From: Macrostomum lignano | Taxonomy: Eukaryota | NCBI GenBank assembly: GCA_002269645.1 | Contig: NIVC01001700.1 | Coordinates: 201,923-265,922 of the forward strand | Direction: 5' to 3' | Length of the DNA stretch: 64,000 nt | Shown here: positions 44,803-57,531 of the stretch, piece after piece | Layout: each line of letters starts with the position of its first letter | Numbering within the stretch: the first letter of the stretch is position 1 | Notes under the pieces: generated by a model | Database searches by the model: none | Told to the model about the DNA's origin: nothing | Seen by the model: only the letters and a program-made list of their open reading frames with translations | Made by a program: the position numbers and the translations under genes

Positions 44803-47466
44803 CCCCGTGTTTGTCACTCTTCTTAATTCCCCTTTCCCGTGTTTGTCACTCTTATTGATTCCCCTTTCCCGTGTTTGTCACTCTTCTTAATTCCTTTCCC
44901 GTGTTTGTCACTCTTCTTGATTCCCGTGTTTGTCACTCTTCTTGATTCCCGTGTTTGTCACTCTTCTTGATTCCCGTGTTTGTCACTCTTATTGATTCCC
45001 CTTTCCCGTGTTTGTCACTCTTCTTGATTCCCGTGTTTGTCACTCTTCTTGATTCCCCATCCCGTGTTTGTCACTCTTGATTCCCCTTCTCGCGTTTGTC
45101 ACTCTTCTTGATTCCCCTTCTCGTGTTTGTCACTCTTCGTGATTCCCCCCTCCCGTGTTTGTCACTCTTCTTGATTCCCCATCCCGTGTTTGTCACTCTT
45201 CTTGATTCCCCCTCACGTGTTTGTCACTCTTCTTGATTCCCGTGTTTGTCACTCTTCTTGATTCCCGTGTTTGTCACTCTTCTTGATTCCCGTGTTTGTC
45301 ACTCTTCTTGATTCCCGTGTTTGTCACTCTTCTTGATTCCCGTGTTTGTCACTCTTCTTGATTCCCGTGTTTGTCACTCTTCTTGATTCCCGTGTTTGTC
45401 ACTCTTCTTGATTCCCGTGTTTGTCACTCTTCTTGATTCCCGTGTTTGTCACTCTTCTTGATTCCCGTGTTTGTCACTCTTCTTGATTCCCGTGTTTGTC
45501 ACTCTTCTTGATTCCCGTGTTGTCACTCTTCTTGATTCCCGTGTTTGTCACTCTTCTTGATTCCCGTGTTTGTCACTCTTCTTGATTCCCGTGTTTGTCA
45601 CTCTTCTTGATTCCCGTGTTTGTCACTCTTCTTGATTCCCGTGTTTGTCACTCTTCTTGATTCCCGTGTTTGTCACTCTTCTTGATTCCCGTGTTTGTCA
45701 CTCTTCTTGATTCCCGTGTTTGTCACTCTTCTTGATTCCCGTGTTTGTCACTCTTCTTGATTCCCGTGTTTGTCACTCTTCTTGATTCCCGTGTTTGTCA
45801 CTCTTCTTGATTCCCGTGTTTGTCACTCTTCTTGATTCCCGTGTTTGTCACTCTTCTTGATTCCCGTGTTTGTCACTCTTCTTGATTCCCGTGTTTGTCA
45901 CTCTTCTTGATTCCCGTGTTTGTCACTCTTCTTGATTCCCGTGTTTGTCACTCTTCTTGATTCCCGTGTTTGTCACTCTTCTTGATTCCCGTGTTTGTCA
46001 CTCTTCTTGATTCCCGTGTTTGTCACTCTTCTTGATTCCCGTGTTTGTCACTCTTCTTGATTCCCGTGTTTGTCACTCTTCTTGATTCCCGTGTTTGTCA
46101 CTCTTCTTGATTCCCGTGTTTGTCACTCTTCTTGATTCCCGTGTTTGTCACTCTTCTTGATTCCCGTGTTTGTCACTCTTCTTGATTCCCGTGTTTGTCA
46201 CTCTTCTTGATTCCCGTGTTTGTCACTCTTATTGATTCCCCTTTCCCGTGTTTGTCACTCTTCTTGATTCCCGTGTTTGTCACTCTTCTTGATTCCCCAT
46301 CCCGTGTTTGTCACTCTTGATTCCCCTTCTCGCGTTTGTCACTCTTCTTGATTCCCCTTCTCGTGTTTGTCACTCTTCGTGATTCCCCCCTCCCGTGTTT
46401 GTCACTCTTCTTGATTCCCCATCCCGTGTTTGTCACTCTTCTTGATTCCCCCTCACGTGTTTGTCACTCTTCTTGATTCCCGTGTTTGTCACTCTTCTTG
46501 ATTCCCGTGTTTGTCACTCTTCTTGATTCCCGTGTTTGTCACTCTTCTTGATTCCCGTGTTTGTCACTCTTCTTGATTCCCGTGTTTGTCACTCTTCTTG
46601 ATTCCCGTGTTTGTCACTCTTCTTGATTCCCGTGTTTGTCACTCTTCTTGATTCCCGTGTTTGTCACTCTTCTTGATTCCCGTGTTTGTCACTCTTCTTG
46701 ATTCCCGTGTTTGTCACTCTTCTTGATTCCCGTGTTTGTCACTCTTCTTGATTCCCGTGTTGTCACTCTTCTTGATTCCCGTGTTTGTCACTCTTCTTGA
46801 TTCCCGTGTTTGTCACTCTTCTTGATTCCCGTGTTTGTCACTCTTCTTGATTCCCGTGTTTGTCACTCTTCTTGATTCCCGTGTTTGTCACTCTTCTTGA
46901 TTCCCGTGTTTGTCACTCTTCTTGATTCCCGTGTTTGTCACTCTTCTTGATTCCCGTGTTTGTCACTCTTCTTGATTCCCGTGTTTGTCACTCTTCTTGA
47001 TTCCCGTGTTTGTCACTCTTCTTGATTCCCGTGTTTGTCACTCTTCTTGATTCCCGTGTTTGTCACTCTTCTTGATTCCCGTGTTTGTCACTCTTCTTGA
47101 TTCCCGTGTTTGTCACTCTTCTTGATTCCCGTGTTTGTCACTCTTCTTGATTCCCGTGTTTGTCACTCTTCTTGATTCCCGTGTTTGTCACTCTTCTTGA
47201 TTCCCGTGTTTGTCACTCTTCTTGATTCCCGTGTTTGTCACTCTTCTTGATTCCCGTGTTTGTCACTCTTCTTGATTCCCGTGTTTGTCACTCTTCTTGA
47301 TTCCCGTGTTTGTCACTCTTCTTGATTCCCGTGTTTGTCACTCTTCTTGATTCCCGTGTTTGTCACTCTTCTTGATTCCCGTGTTTGTCACTCTTCTTGA
47401 TTCCCGTGTTTGTCACTCTTCTTGATTCCCGTGTTTGTCACTCTTCTTGATTCCCGTGTTTGTCAC
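44803..47466. repeat. 25-bp minisatellite, about 105 copies, just 3' of the KEAP1 stop
   Basis: Unit CCCGTGTTTGTCACTCTTCTTGATT. Contains a 1240-bp internal duplication. Confidence 0.97.
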
Positions 47467-48116
47467 TTATGCCCCTTTCATCAAGAAGTCTTTCTCGCTT
47501 ATTCAGCTTAGTAAAAGTTGATTCGACCGAATTCTATTGATCTCATAGGAATTATTCTGCCCAGCAATATTTCTCGTGTAGAGGTGATCTCCTCACAGCA
47601 ATCCTTGGCTGCATTCCCTGATAATCAAATTCTTGAAAAAGCGAATTGTTAATTTGATTGACATAAGATTGAATCATATCCTTTAGTTTAACTGCTAGCT
47701 TAGTATTAGTGCTAGGTGTGTTAGTATAGTGCAATACGTGTACAGGTATATAGAGTTTCTGTATCGTGTTTTGTGCGTATTTTTGTGTACTTTGCATTTT
47801 TTAGCCTTTTTTAACTGGAGTATATTTCTGTCTGATTGGATCGTGTTATATAACTCCATTATTTTTTTTAACGCTTAATGTCTAATTGATTTTTTTTTAT
47901 CTTTTTCATTGACATTAGTATAATTAGCTGACTTGTGGCTTCTTTTGTCTGTGATTGTAAGTTCGTATGTTGTACTCGTAATCATATAGATAGCAAAAAT
48001 TACTGTCAACTATTGCCTGTCTCAACCAGTGATGCTAAAGATATGCTTATTAATGCTTTTTTAATCTTTAGAATACATATTTGATGCCGTTTTTTTACCT
48101 TTTGAACTTGGAATCT

Positions 48117-48440
48117 TTCAATGTTCCTTCAGTGTGGCAGATGCTACCCTCAGCAGGGTCCTTCAATGTGGCAGATGCTACCCTCAGCAGGGTCCTTCAG
48201 TGTGGCAGATGCTACCCTCAGCAGGGTCCTTCAGTGTGGCAGATGCTACCCTCAGCAGGGTCCTTCAGAGTGGCAGATGCTACCCTCAGCAGGGTCCTTC
48301 AGAGTGGCAGATGCTACCCTCAGCAGGGTCCTTCAGTGTGGCAGATGGGACCCTCAGCAGGGTCCTTCAGTGTGGCAGATGCTACCCTCAGCAGGGTCCT
48401 TCAGTGTGGCAGATGCTACCCTCAGCAGGGTCCTTCAGTG
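48117..48440. repeat. 34-bp minisatellite, about 9 copies
   Basis: Unit CAGATGCTACCCTCAGCAGGGTCCTTCAGTGTGG. Confidence 0.95.
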
Positions 48441-48969
48441 GACAATTACACTCAAAGCCCTTTATATCCCTTTTTGTTGCAAATCCGCTTTTTTTAAAAA
48501 AAATCTTATTTATACTACTTGATCAGTAGCATCACTGTGGTACACCGCAACTGAGATACACTCTGATTAATCTCTTTCATCTACTACTCGCTGTAGTAGA
48601 CGAACTTAGACAGAAACTAACTGTTTGTTTATCTTGCCGCTTGCCGATACGCAATAGCGAGCTTATAATTCGTTTGTGTCTCATTATTTAACTGTATTTT
48701 TCCTACGCATTGCTTTCGTGTATTGCTTATTGTGTCATGCACTCTAGCAGTACGGTGTTACGATACGTCAAGACACTAGCTTTGCTACATCGGTTGCTGA
48801 TCTGTCCATCATATCTGCACTGACAAATGCATAATAAATAGTTTCTATTGTCCAGAAATGATTCGTTATTTGAAATAAGCCGGATTATTCTTTAATTAAA
48901 CTATGGTTTAATGAACGGAGGTCTGGGAGTTTTATTTAATTTATACTATTCTTGTAGAACAACTATCCT

Positions 48970-49330
48970 ATCTGGTCCTCGTAAGCATAAAAAATCGAAA
49001 CTGGACTCTGGTCCCCGTGAGCAAAAAAATTGAACCACGGACTCTGGTCCCTGTGAGCATAAAAAATCGAACCCCGGACTCTGGTCCCTGTGAGCATAAA
49101 AAATCGAACCCCGGACTCTAGTCCCCGTGAGCATAAAAAATTGAAACTGGACTCTGGTCCCTGTGAGCATAAAAAATCGAACCCCGGACTCTGGTCCCTG
49201 TGAGCATAAAAAATCGAACCCCGGACTCTGGTCCCTGTGAGCATAAAAAATCGAACCCCAAGTTCTGGTCCCTGTGAGCATAAAAAATCGAACCCAGGTT
49301 CTGGTCCCCGTGAGCATTAAAATTCGAACC
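48970..49330. repeat. 37-bp minisatellite, about 9 copies
   Basis: Unit GAGCATAAAAAATCGAACCCCGGACTCTGGTCCCTGT. Confidence 0.93.
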
Positions 49331-50291
49331 ACGACCCCTTTTGTCGAAGAGTCTATGAAATTTAGCAAACTTGCATTGTAGAAAGTTGACAGTAGTATAT
49401 GTAGAAAATTGGTGCATCGTTTGTACTTTAGGTAATTTTTTTATTCAAAGCAGAAATAATGAAAAATAATGAACAGTAGTAAATTATAAATAATGTAAAT
49501 TGCAAAAATATCTGCAAATATTGCAAAAATATGAAGCGTCCATTATAGTTGTAACAAAAACTAAGAAAAGATATGCACCGCATAATAATAATATTAAGAA
49601 TAAATAAATACTGAGAAATCCATCCCAAAACTGACAAAAAGTCAAATTAATAATTAATAAACAGGAAAGAGTGATTAGCTAAGCATAAGGTGTGCAGACT
49701 GGATTTTGTACGTCATAGCTATAAGCCATATAGCTGCGCCTGTGCGTCCCTGTGAATACCAATATTATTACTACTACTGCATTTATTATTAATTACTTTT
49801 GCAATTATGCCGATAGCAATAATGAGTTTTCCACGGCATTCTCTGGCAGATGGAATCATGTCTTGAAAGGAAAACTCAGTGTGCAAAGCTTAACAAAATA
49901 AATAATAGATGTATTTATCTCAATAAACATATGCTCAAAGTTATTACAGCAAACACTTGACAAAAATAGAAATAAAACACGCTTTGATATTGGCAGTTAT
50001 GATAAAGTTACAGACAAAAAATAAAAAAGTAAGTAACTGAACAAATTTCCGGATTCAAAAACCCAGAGCCGATTGAAATGAGTCAATCAACTCAACAAAA
50101 GCCCTAAATAGAAGACTCTTAGAACACAAAACAGCTGAAATTACCGCTGAAAAAAGTACTCAATTGCTCAAATTTAATTTCAAGAATAAATAATGTCAGG
50201 TAGTTTAAAGTTTTAAGCTCTCACGAGACTTTTAACTGGATATCAAGTAGCTACCGCATTGAAAGAGTATAGAGAAAGAGATTCCAGAATT

Positions 50292-50630
50292 TTAGTCACG
50301 TCACTTTTTATTTACTACCATTTTCTGCCATAGACAAGGATTCAGTTTAGTCACGTGACCTATAAATTTACCATTTGTCTGCTAACGTACAGACGGAGAT
50401 TCTGGTTAAGTCACGTGACCTATAAACTTGCCATTTGTCTGCTAACGTACAGACGGAGATTCTGGTTAAGTCACGTGACCTATAAACTTGCCATTTGTCT
50501 GCTAACGTACAGACGGAGATTCTGGTTTAGTCACGTCGTACAGACTGGGATTCTGGTTAGTCACGTGACCTATTAATTGCTATTTCTTTGCTAACGTACA
50601 GACGGAGATTATGGTTTGGTCATGTGACAT
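50292..50630. repeat. 60-bp minisatellite carrying GTCACGTGAC
   Basis: Units start at about 50350, 50410 and 50470, with degenerate flanking units. Confidence 0.9.
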
Positions 50631-50987
50631 TAAATTCGAACTGCTTATTTTAATTCTTCTTTATAACTATTAGATAGTTTAAACCGAAAACAATAGTTAA
50701 AGCTGAAATAAATAAATGTGTTATATGAGAACTAATATAATAAAAACAAAAATATCCTGAAACACAGAGGAATGCAATAATTTTATCCAGAAACAAAAAA
50801 AAATAGTTTGGATAACAGCAAACTTTACTTTATGCTTCGTGTTCAGAGCACAGTAGACTCAATTATAACACTGCAGCTGAGATTCCAATTTTTGAATAAA
50901 TTTTTTTGGTCTGGAAAATTCTATGCAACATTTTTCAGGCCCGTGTATTGAATAGTTAGTCGTAACCACAGATATTCAATACTAGAG

Positions 50988-51403
50988 TAGATGGGCCACT
51001 CAGCACATTTGCATGTAAGCTACTTTCAGTTCAGTAGTAAGTTAAACTGAAGCGTTTTAATGTACTTTTAAAGCCAAGGCTCGTGTATGCTTACCAGCCA
51101 GCTTAAACCCTCCAATCGCGCCTTTCCACACTACACCCCCCGACCCAATTTTTATTGCCTTTCTCGGATTTCCAGCCTAAAGCTGCCATGTACATTTCAG
51201 TGGACTGGCTAATGTACATTATTGCTGAACCTGAACCAATTAGCAAGTTGTTTACGCCTGCAAGCTTTGGGCTTCTAAACTTATCAAAGTCATTTCAGTT
51301 CAGCTGCTTTTATTTTATAAAGTAGCTTATGTATTCTTCTTTGCTACTGAACTGAAAGTTGAAAGTTGTTTTGCTAAGTATATATGCCTGAGTGGCCCAT
51401 CTA
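50988..51403. mobile_element. MITE in the SARAF 3' region
   Basis: TAGATGGGCCACTCAG (50988-51003) pairs with CTGAGTGGCCCATCTA (51388-51403). A second inverted pair is ACTTTCAGTTCAGTAG / CTACTGAACTGAAAGT. The outer TA may be the TSD. Confidence 0.7.
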
Positions 51404-51444
51404 GTTATTATTTATATATATTACTGAAAGTAGGCGAAAACAAA

Positions 51445-53514
51445 TCAGCGATTCCATCCCGAGCCGAATCCCACAGCCGAGCCGATGTCGTCGTCAGAGA
51501 AAGCGCTGCCAGAGTCGCCGCCGACAACAAAGTCGGACTCGTAGGCCACCTCGCATGGCGCCGAGTGGCCGCCGAAATGGTGCGGCGCCGAAGCCGCCGA
51601 GCCCATCATGTAGCCCGTCATGCCGCCCATTGCGGCGCCTTTGGGGTGTTTTGAGATTAGCGTTGCTATTGCACTTTTGTTAATGAGCTAATGGATAGGG
51701 ATTATGGATTAGAGTGTAGAGGCTGAAGATAGCGATTAAGGACTAGAGATCAGTGGCAGAAGATAGCGATTAAGGACTAGAGATTAGTGGCTGAAGGTAG
51801 CGATTAAGGACTAGAGATTAGTGGCTGAAGGTAGCGATTAAGGACTAGAGATTAGTGGCTGAAGGTAGCGATTAAGGACTAGAGATTAGTGGCTGAAGGT
51901 AGCGATTAAGGACTAGAGATTAGTGGCTGAAGGTAGCGATTAAGGACTAGAGATTAGTGGCTGAAGGTAGCGATTAAGGACTAGAGATTAGTGGCTGAAG
52001 GTAGCGATTAAGGACTAGAGATTAGTGGCTGAAGGTAGCGATTAAGGACTAGAGATTAGTGGCTGAAGGTAGCGATTAAGGACTAGAGATTAGTGGCTGA
52101 AGGTAGCGATTAAGGACTAGAGATTAGTGGCTGAAGGTAGCGATTAAGGACTAGAGATTAGTGGCTGAAGGTAGCGATTAAGGACTAGAGATTAGTGGCT
52201 GAAAGTAGCGATTAAGGACTAGAGAATCGAGATTAGGGGTTGAAAATAGGGACTAAGGAATAGAGAATAGTGGCTGATAATAGACTCAAAGAATAGGTAC
52301 AGACAGGTGATTAAGGCCTAAGAGTTAATAATAGACAATAGAAATATGGACCTAGGGGATTACTTGGGTTGGAGGTATCGTGGGAGTTAGCAACAGTGAG
52401 ATAAGTGATATGAGATTATCTTGCTCTCTCTCTTCTATCCGCAGCTCAAGCCTCTTCCTATCTTTCGCTCACCAGACCAGAAGCCAGGCCCACTTCCGCC
52501 GCTGTGATGATACCCATAGTGTGAAGGCGGCGGTGGCGGTGGTGGCCCCTCCTCGGCGGTGTACACCCGGTGGTAGCGGTGCCGCCTGGAACGGAACAGC
52601 TTGAACACCAGCGCCAGCATGGCAACCACAACAGTGAAGGCTAGCAGGCCAGTCAAGACGCTAACCATTGGGTTGACAATGTGGACACGGCGGAACAGGT
52701 GGCCGTGAATGCCATGCTTGCGGTGCCGGCGCCTTCCAGACCATCGCAATGAATAGGTGAGCCCGCAGGAGCCGGCAAGGATGTATGGATCGTTAGGGTG
52801 ATCGTAGCCTTCACAGCTCACCTGAGATGAGTGGAGCAACTCAACAATTAGTGAGAGATTAATTTTGTGTCATAAAATCTTAGCATTAGATAAGCAATGT
52901 AAACATTTTTAATTTTAACTAAATGAATGAAGTTATATGGTTTAATGGATCAAGAATATATGATTCATGGAATTGATTATAGCTAATTTAGCAACAGATA
53001 CAGCTGTTATAATATAAGCAAAACAAATAATATGATATTGATAAATACAAACCAGAAAAGCTCAATAACATAACATGAGCCTTTTATTATGAAGATTTTA
53101 TGCCAAATTATAGAGTACTTGCACTTAAAGATAGTATGCAATTATGCTGACTACTAGTACTACTACATCAATCTTAATTAGATGCATGTATAAGAGAAAA
53201 ATGTTTACCTGAATAGTATCAAACTTAAGACGCTTCGACATCTGTGCTTCACATCGCCACTGAATGCTTAACCCATCCGATCCTTTATTGTAGCACTGAA
53301 CAACAGAGGGAAGAGATTGAGACTGACAAGTTGCTCTACCAGAAACACAACGGAGCTGTGGAACTGGGGCGAGTCGGCGACCTGTAGTAAATTTTCCTTC
53401 GCGAAGTGTGATTGTGTTTACTGAAGAGATTAATATTTTCTGCTGTAATTCCTGACAAAATCCACTTTGCAGATACGCAAAAACTGCTAAAAGCAGGACG
53501 ATTATCTTATTCAT
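51445..53514 (-). CDS. SARAF: Store-operated calcium entry-associated regulatory factor (SARAF/TMEM66), 3 exons, about 282 aa
   Basis: Exons 53209-53514, 52473-52821, 51445-51638. Contains a signal peptide, TTGRRLAPVPQLRCVSG...QCYNKGSDG...QWRC...VSCEGY...YILAGSCGLTYSL, a TM helix and the GFWSG-GAAMGGMTGYMMG motif. Confidence 0.93.
51720..52225. repeat. 34-bp minisatellite, about 15 copies (SARAF intron 2)
   Basis: Unit GGCTGAAGGTAGCGATTAAGGACTAGAGATTAGT. Confidence 0.95.
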
Positions 53515-55497
53515 CACAGGAAGCTGTCTGAGTTTAAATTGTGTTTGGAACTAAAATTAAAATCTAACTTAGGTAGATAGGGTCTAGGGATAGCTGAGTC
53601 TTATAATCAAACAAGTCTCCAGTTCACCGCTAAAAACAAGCTTTGGTGAAAAATATAAAGCTGGGCAAACGATACTGTATTTAATATGAGACGGAAAATC
53701 TAAACTATTTAGTTTTTTAGCTTTGGAGAATGTAATGTAGCAGTGTAGCTTGCTTGAATTATCTATTGCAGTCAAGACGACGAAAACTACCTAGGAAAAG
53801 TTGTAAAGTTTAAGTTAAAATCCAAGCACAACGCAAATAATGGAGCACTAAAGAACAAAATAAATACACTAAAATAAGATATCCACCAAATTCATACAAA
53901 AATTAAAAATTAAACTATTATCAAAAGTCTCTAATATGTGGTATTTTGTTATACCAATACATTTTTTGCGCAAAGTTAATTTTTATTTTATTTTATTGGA
54001 CTCAAGCGCGCTTGATTGCTTGCTTGCTGTTTAGGGCCCTACTGTCTGTCTGTCTGTCTTCTTTGTCTTCTTGTCGACAAGTCAAGCTTCAAGCCCTAAG
54101 TGAAAAGTGTGCTTTACTCATTATTCAGAGTTCTGACTGGTACAACTTTATAATAGCTTGTACTTGTATACTATAGGCCTACCTGAATATTTTCAAGGCA
54201 AACAAAATACAAAATGAATCTTAATGACTATTCAAAATATTAGCGGACAAATAGGTAGCAGACAAAATCAGTATTAGCCCTTGAAAGGGATTTTAAAACT
54301 TATTTGTTATCAATATTTTAATTCCATGTGATAAATATGATTGGCCTAAATAAGATGATACCTTAGGCCTATACATAAGTTACGTCTTATGACTCAAGTT
54401 AGGCCTAGGCCTATTTTTGAAAGTTATCAAATTTTTTAAACTTTACTTTAAAACTTAGTTGCCTGAATTCCCTGAAATTTAATTTATTTTTTCTTAAATG
54501 TAGCAAGCATAATTTTTTTCAAAAGTTCAAGTTTACTTAGCTTAGGCCTAGGGCCCTCAAAATATTGTTTTGAGAATTGAAAAAATAGTTTAGGCCAAAT
54601 ATAATAGATAGAGAACAAAGCAAACACTTGATTGCCTTTTTTAAGATTATATTTTGTCCTTTTTACAATGAGTAACAATATTTAATAACTAGGGCTAGGC
54701 TCTATTGAAAGTACTAATGCTAAACTTTTTTATATTAATAAAATTTAGAGTTTGCTAGTGTTTTATTGTACTTTTTAGGTATAATCTATAAGTTTCTAAG
54801 TTTATAATATGGTTTACCTAAGTATTTTTGTTTTACTTTAACTGTTTCTAATATTTTTTAAAATTAAAAACTACAGCTTTGGGAAAGATTTAAGATTTTG
54901 TTCCTGAATTAAATTGAAAGTTTCCATTCTGACTCTAATCAGAGAAGCTGACTTTTTGAGAAGTGCAAAGAAGGGCATATGTTATGTTCTGACATTTCCT
55001 TGTCTTCTATGGTTACTTGTGGCTAGCTAGAGGTATATTTTGTCATTGTTGTTATATGGGCTTTTTCTCTTGTTAGTCTTTTAGATTCTTCCTATCAATC
55101 CTACTGTTGATATTTTGAAATTAGCCCCAATTCAATTATCTAGAACTAGCTGAAACACTACGCTACAATATTGGCTCAATTTGCTAATAAATTTGCAAAC
55201 AAAGCATATGAAAACCATTTTCCTGACTCTTCATAACTTGATTCATAACTTGCATGAAACTAGTATGGGCCTCTGTCCAATGATTAGGAATCATACATGG
55301 GCAATTGCTGGCCGCCCTGGCCAATCTGGCCACCAAAAATTGTCATGGACCTGGGGTAAGTTGCAAAAATGCCCACCCCAAACAATAGATGTATTACTAG
55401 TCAGATGACGAGGCATTCAGCCTTAACAAAATAGTCATAGTTACTCCTGCCGTTTACCCAAAATTGCGTTAATTTTGCCTTACGGTTTCTTTCACAG

Positions 55498-55738
55498 GTA
55501 AGTCGCATTTTTGGTCAAAAAGTAAGTCGCATGGCCAGTTTAAATCATTTTTTGTAACTTATCATTTTTCATTGCTTAATAACAGCCGTACCGATCAGCT
55601 CTCATATCCCATAAAACAGTTTGGCATTACTAAAACACAATATTTATAAGAAAAATCAGTTTCTCGGTCCAGCTGTTTATTCACAATCTTCAATACTAAA
55701 CAAATTAGACATTTTTAAGATCTCGCCTTCACTTTCAG
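55498..55738 (+). other. Probable 5'UTR intron of RPL32, preceded by a pyrimidine-rich TCT/TOP-like first exon
   Basis: TTTCTTTCACAG|GTAAGT at 55498; acceptor CTTTCAG ends at 55738, followed by CCAAATG. Confidence 0.65.
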
Positions 55739-55742
55739 CCAA

Positions 55743-56168
55743 ATGGCGGCCAAGCGATTGCAGGCTGTGAAACCGCTGCGCCGGCAGGTTTGCATTAAGA
55801 AGCGCAACAAGCACATCCAGCGTCATCACAGCGACCGTTACTACCGCGTCAAACCCAGCTGGCGCCGCCCGAAGGGCATCGACAACCGGATGCGCAGGAA
55901 ATTCAAAGGCCAGTCGGTGATGCCGCAGATTGGATTCGGATCTGACAAGCGGACTAAGCATGTCCACAGGGACGGCTTCCGTCACGTGCTGGTGCACAAC
56001 GCCAAGGAGCTGGAGATGCTGATGATGGAGAACCGGCGTTACGCTGGGGTCATTGCGCACACCGTGAGCTCTAAGAAGCGCAAAGGCATGGTGGAGCGGG
56101 CTGCCCAGCTCGGCATCCGGCTGGTGAATGGCAGCTCGAAGCTGCGCACTGACGAGCAGCAGGAGTGA
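55743..56168 (+). CDS. RPL32: 60S ribosomal protein L32 (eL32), divergent copy, 141 aa, no intron within the CDS
   Basis: RHHSDRY...WRRPKGIDNRMRRKFKG..MPQIGFGS...LVHNAKELEML...AHTVSSKKRK..VERAAQL. Confidence 0.95.
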   Translation: MAAKRLQAVKPLRRQVCIKKRNKHIQRHHSDRYYRVKPSWRRPKGIDNRMRRKFKGQSVMPQIGFGSDKRTKHVHRDGFRHVLVHNAKELEMLMMENRRYAGVIAHTVSSKKRKGMVERAAQLGIRLVNGSSKLRTDEQQE

Positions 56169-56949
56169 ATTGGATTGCTGTGACTAGCAGGTGGCTTCAG
56201 TTAACTATTGCCGTTGGCTGGGATTATTCTGCGTGTTATTGGCCGCTGGAATACACGATAAAGTCGCATGTTATTACTTGGATACAGAAAAAATAACTTC
56301 ATGAATTATTTTGTCACAGCGTTACTCATTTCTAGTCATTTGATTAGTTTACAGCTTTTCAATTGACATCTGGGTCACAGGGGCTTTTTGCGATCCACAC
56401 CCAATAAGTTCTCGTTCGTAATAAAAAGGACATTTGATTCACTAAATGGAGGCAATTTTCAATTTTATAGGTGGTAAAAGTCATTTTTCTCCTGATCGTT
56501 AAATTGGATAATTTATTTTGTAATTGCAGTGCAGAATTCAATTGACATCACAGAAACAGATAACTGAGAAGTACACTATGTCTGTACTACTCATAAGTAG
56601 TGGAAATTGTGATTAACTAACTCCGTGCGCATTGAAAATTTTAACTGCTCGGTGCAATCGTCGGTGCATTTTAGATGGCAAGAGTAGGAATTTAAAATAC
56701 ATTGACGAAAATCGGTGTGCATTGTAAATGGTTAACAGGTTAAGTATACTGGGGATAATTGTGCCTACCGTATGCCAAACTGAATGTTAACATTAGGAAT
56801 TAAGTGTCAGAAGTATTGTACTACGGCAGTGCATTTACGTGTAATTCATTATTATTATTACAAAAATATCACTTCTGATAATAGAAGCTGTGCATTCTAT
56901 CAATATCAATTCGTTAATCCGTCAATTCGTCAATATCATTATCAATTTG

Positions 56950-57390
56950 GGAGTGTACATTCTCTATCCCCTTAAGAGTGTACATGTACATTCTCGATCA
57001 ACTTGAGTGTATGTACGTTTCATCACTTTAAGAGTGTACATTCTCTATAACTTTCAGTGTATAACTTTGAAAGCTTGTACATTCTCTATCACTTTGAGAG
57101 TGTACATTCTCTCTATCACTGAGAGTACATTCTCTATCAATTTGAGAGCGTACATTCTCTCTATCACTGAGAGTACATTGATCTCTATCAATTTGAGAGC
57201 GTACATTCTCTCTATCACTGAGAGTACATTGATCTCTATCAATTTGAGAGCGTACATTCTCTCTATCACTGAGAGTACATTGATCTCTATCAATTTGAGA
57301 GCGTACATTCTCTCTATCACTGAGAGTACATTGATCTCTATCAATTTGAGAGCGTACATTCTCTCTTCTGTATCACTTTGAGAGTGTACA
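56950..57390. repeat. 51-bp composite repeat between the 3' ends of RPL32 and the iGluR gene
   Basis: Unit GAGAGTACATTGATCTCTATCAATTTGAGAGCGTACATTCTCTCTATCACT. Confidence 0.85.
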
Positions 57391-57531
57391 CTCTGATCTT
57401 CAGAAGGAAACTTTATGTACCCAAGCAGAACTTACGAACGTAATTACATGTACATCCCCTTTTCTCGTATCTTTAAAACACAAAACTGTTTAAAATTCTT
57501 TCGATCCAGTCTGACCTCCGTACGTGTGGCC

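Noticed and set aside
47552-47797. 81-aa minus-strand ORF
   Set aside because: AT-rich codons, no recognisable domain and no splice context.
55677-56060. Antisense ORFs over RPL32, KEAP1, Delta and iGluR exons
   Set aside because: Shadow ORFs caused by GC3-rich codon usage on the opposite strand.
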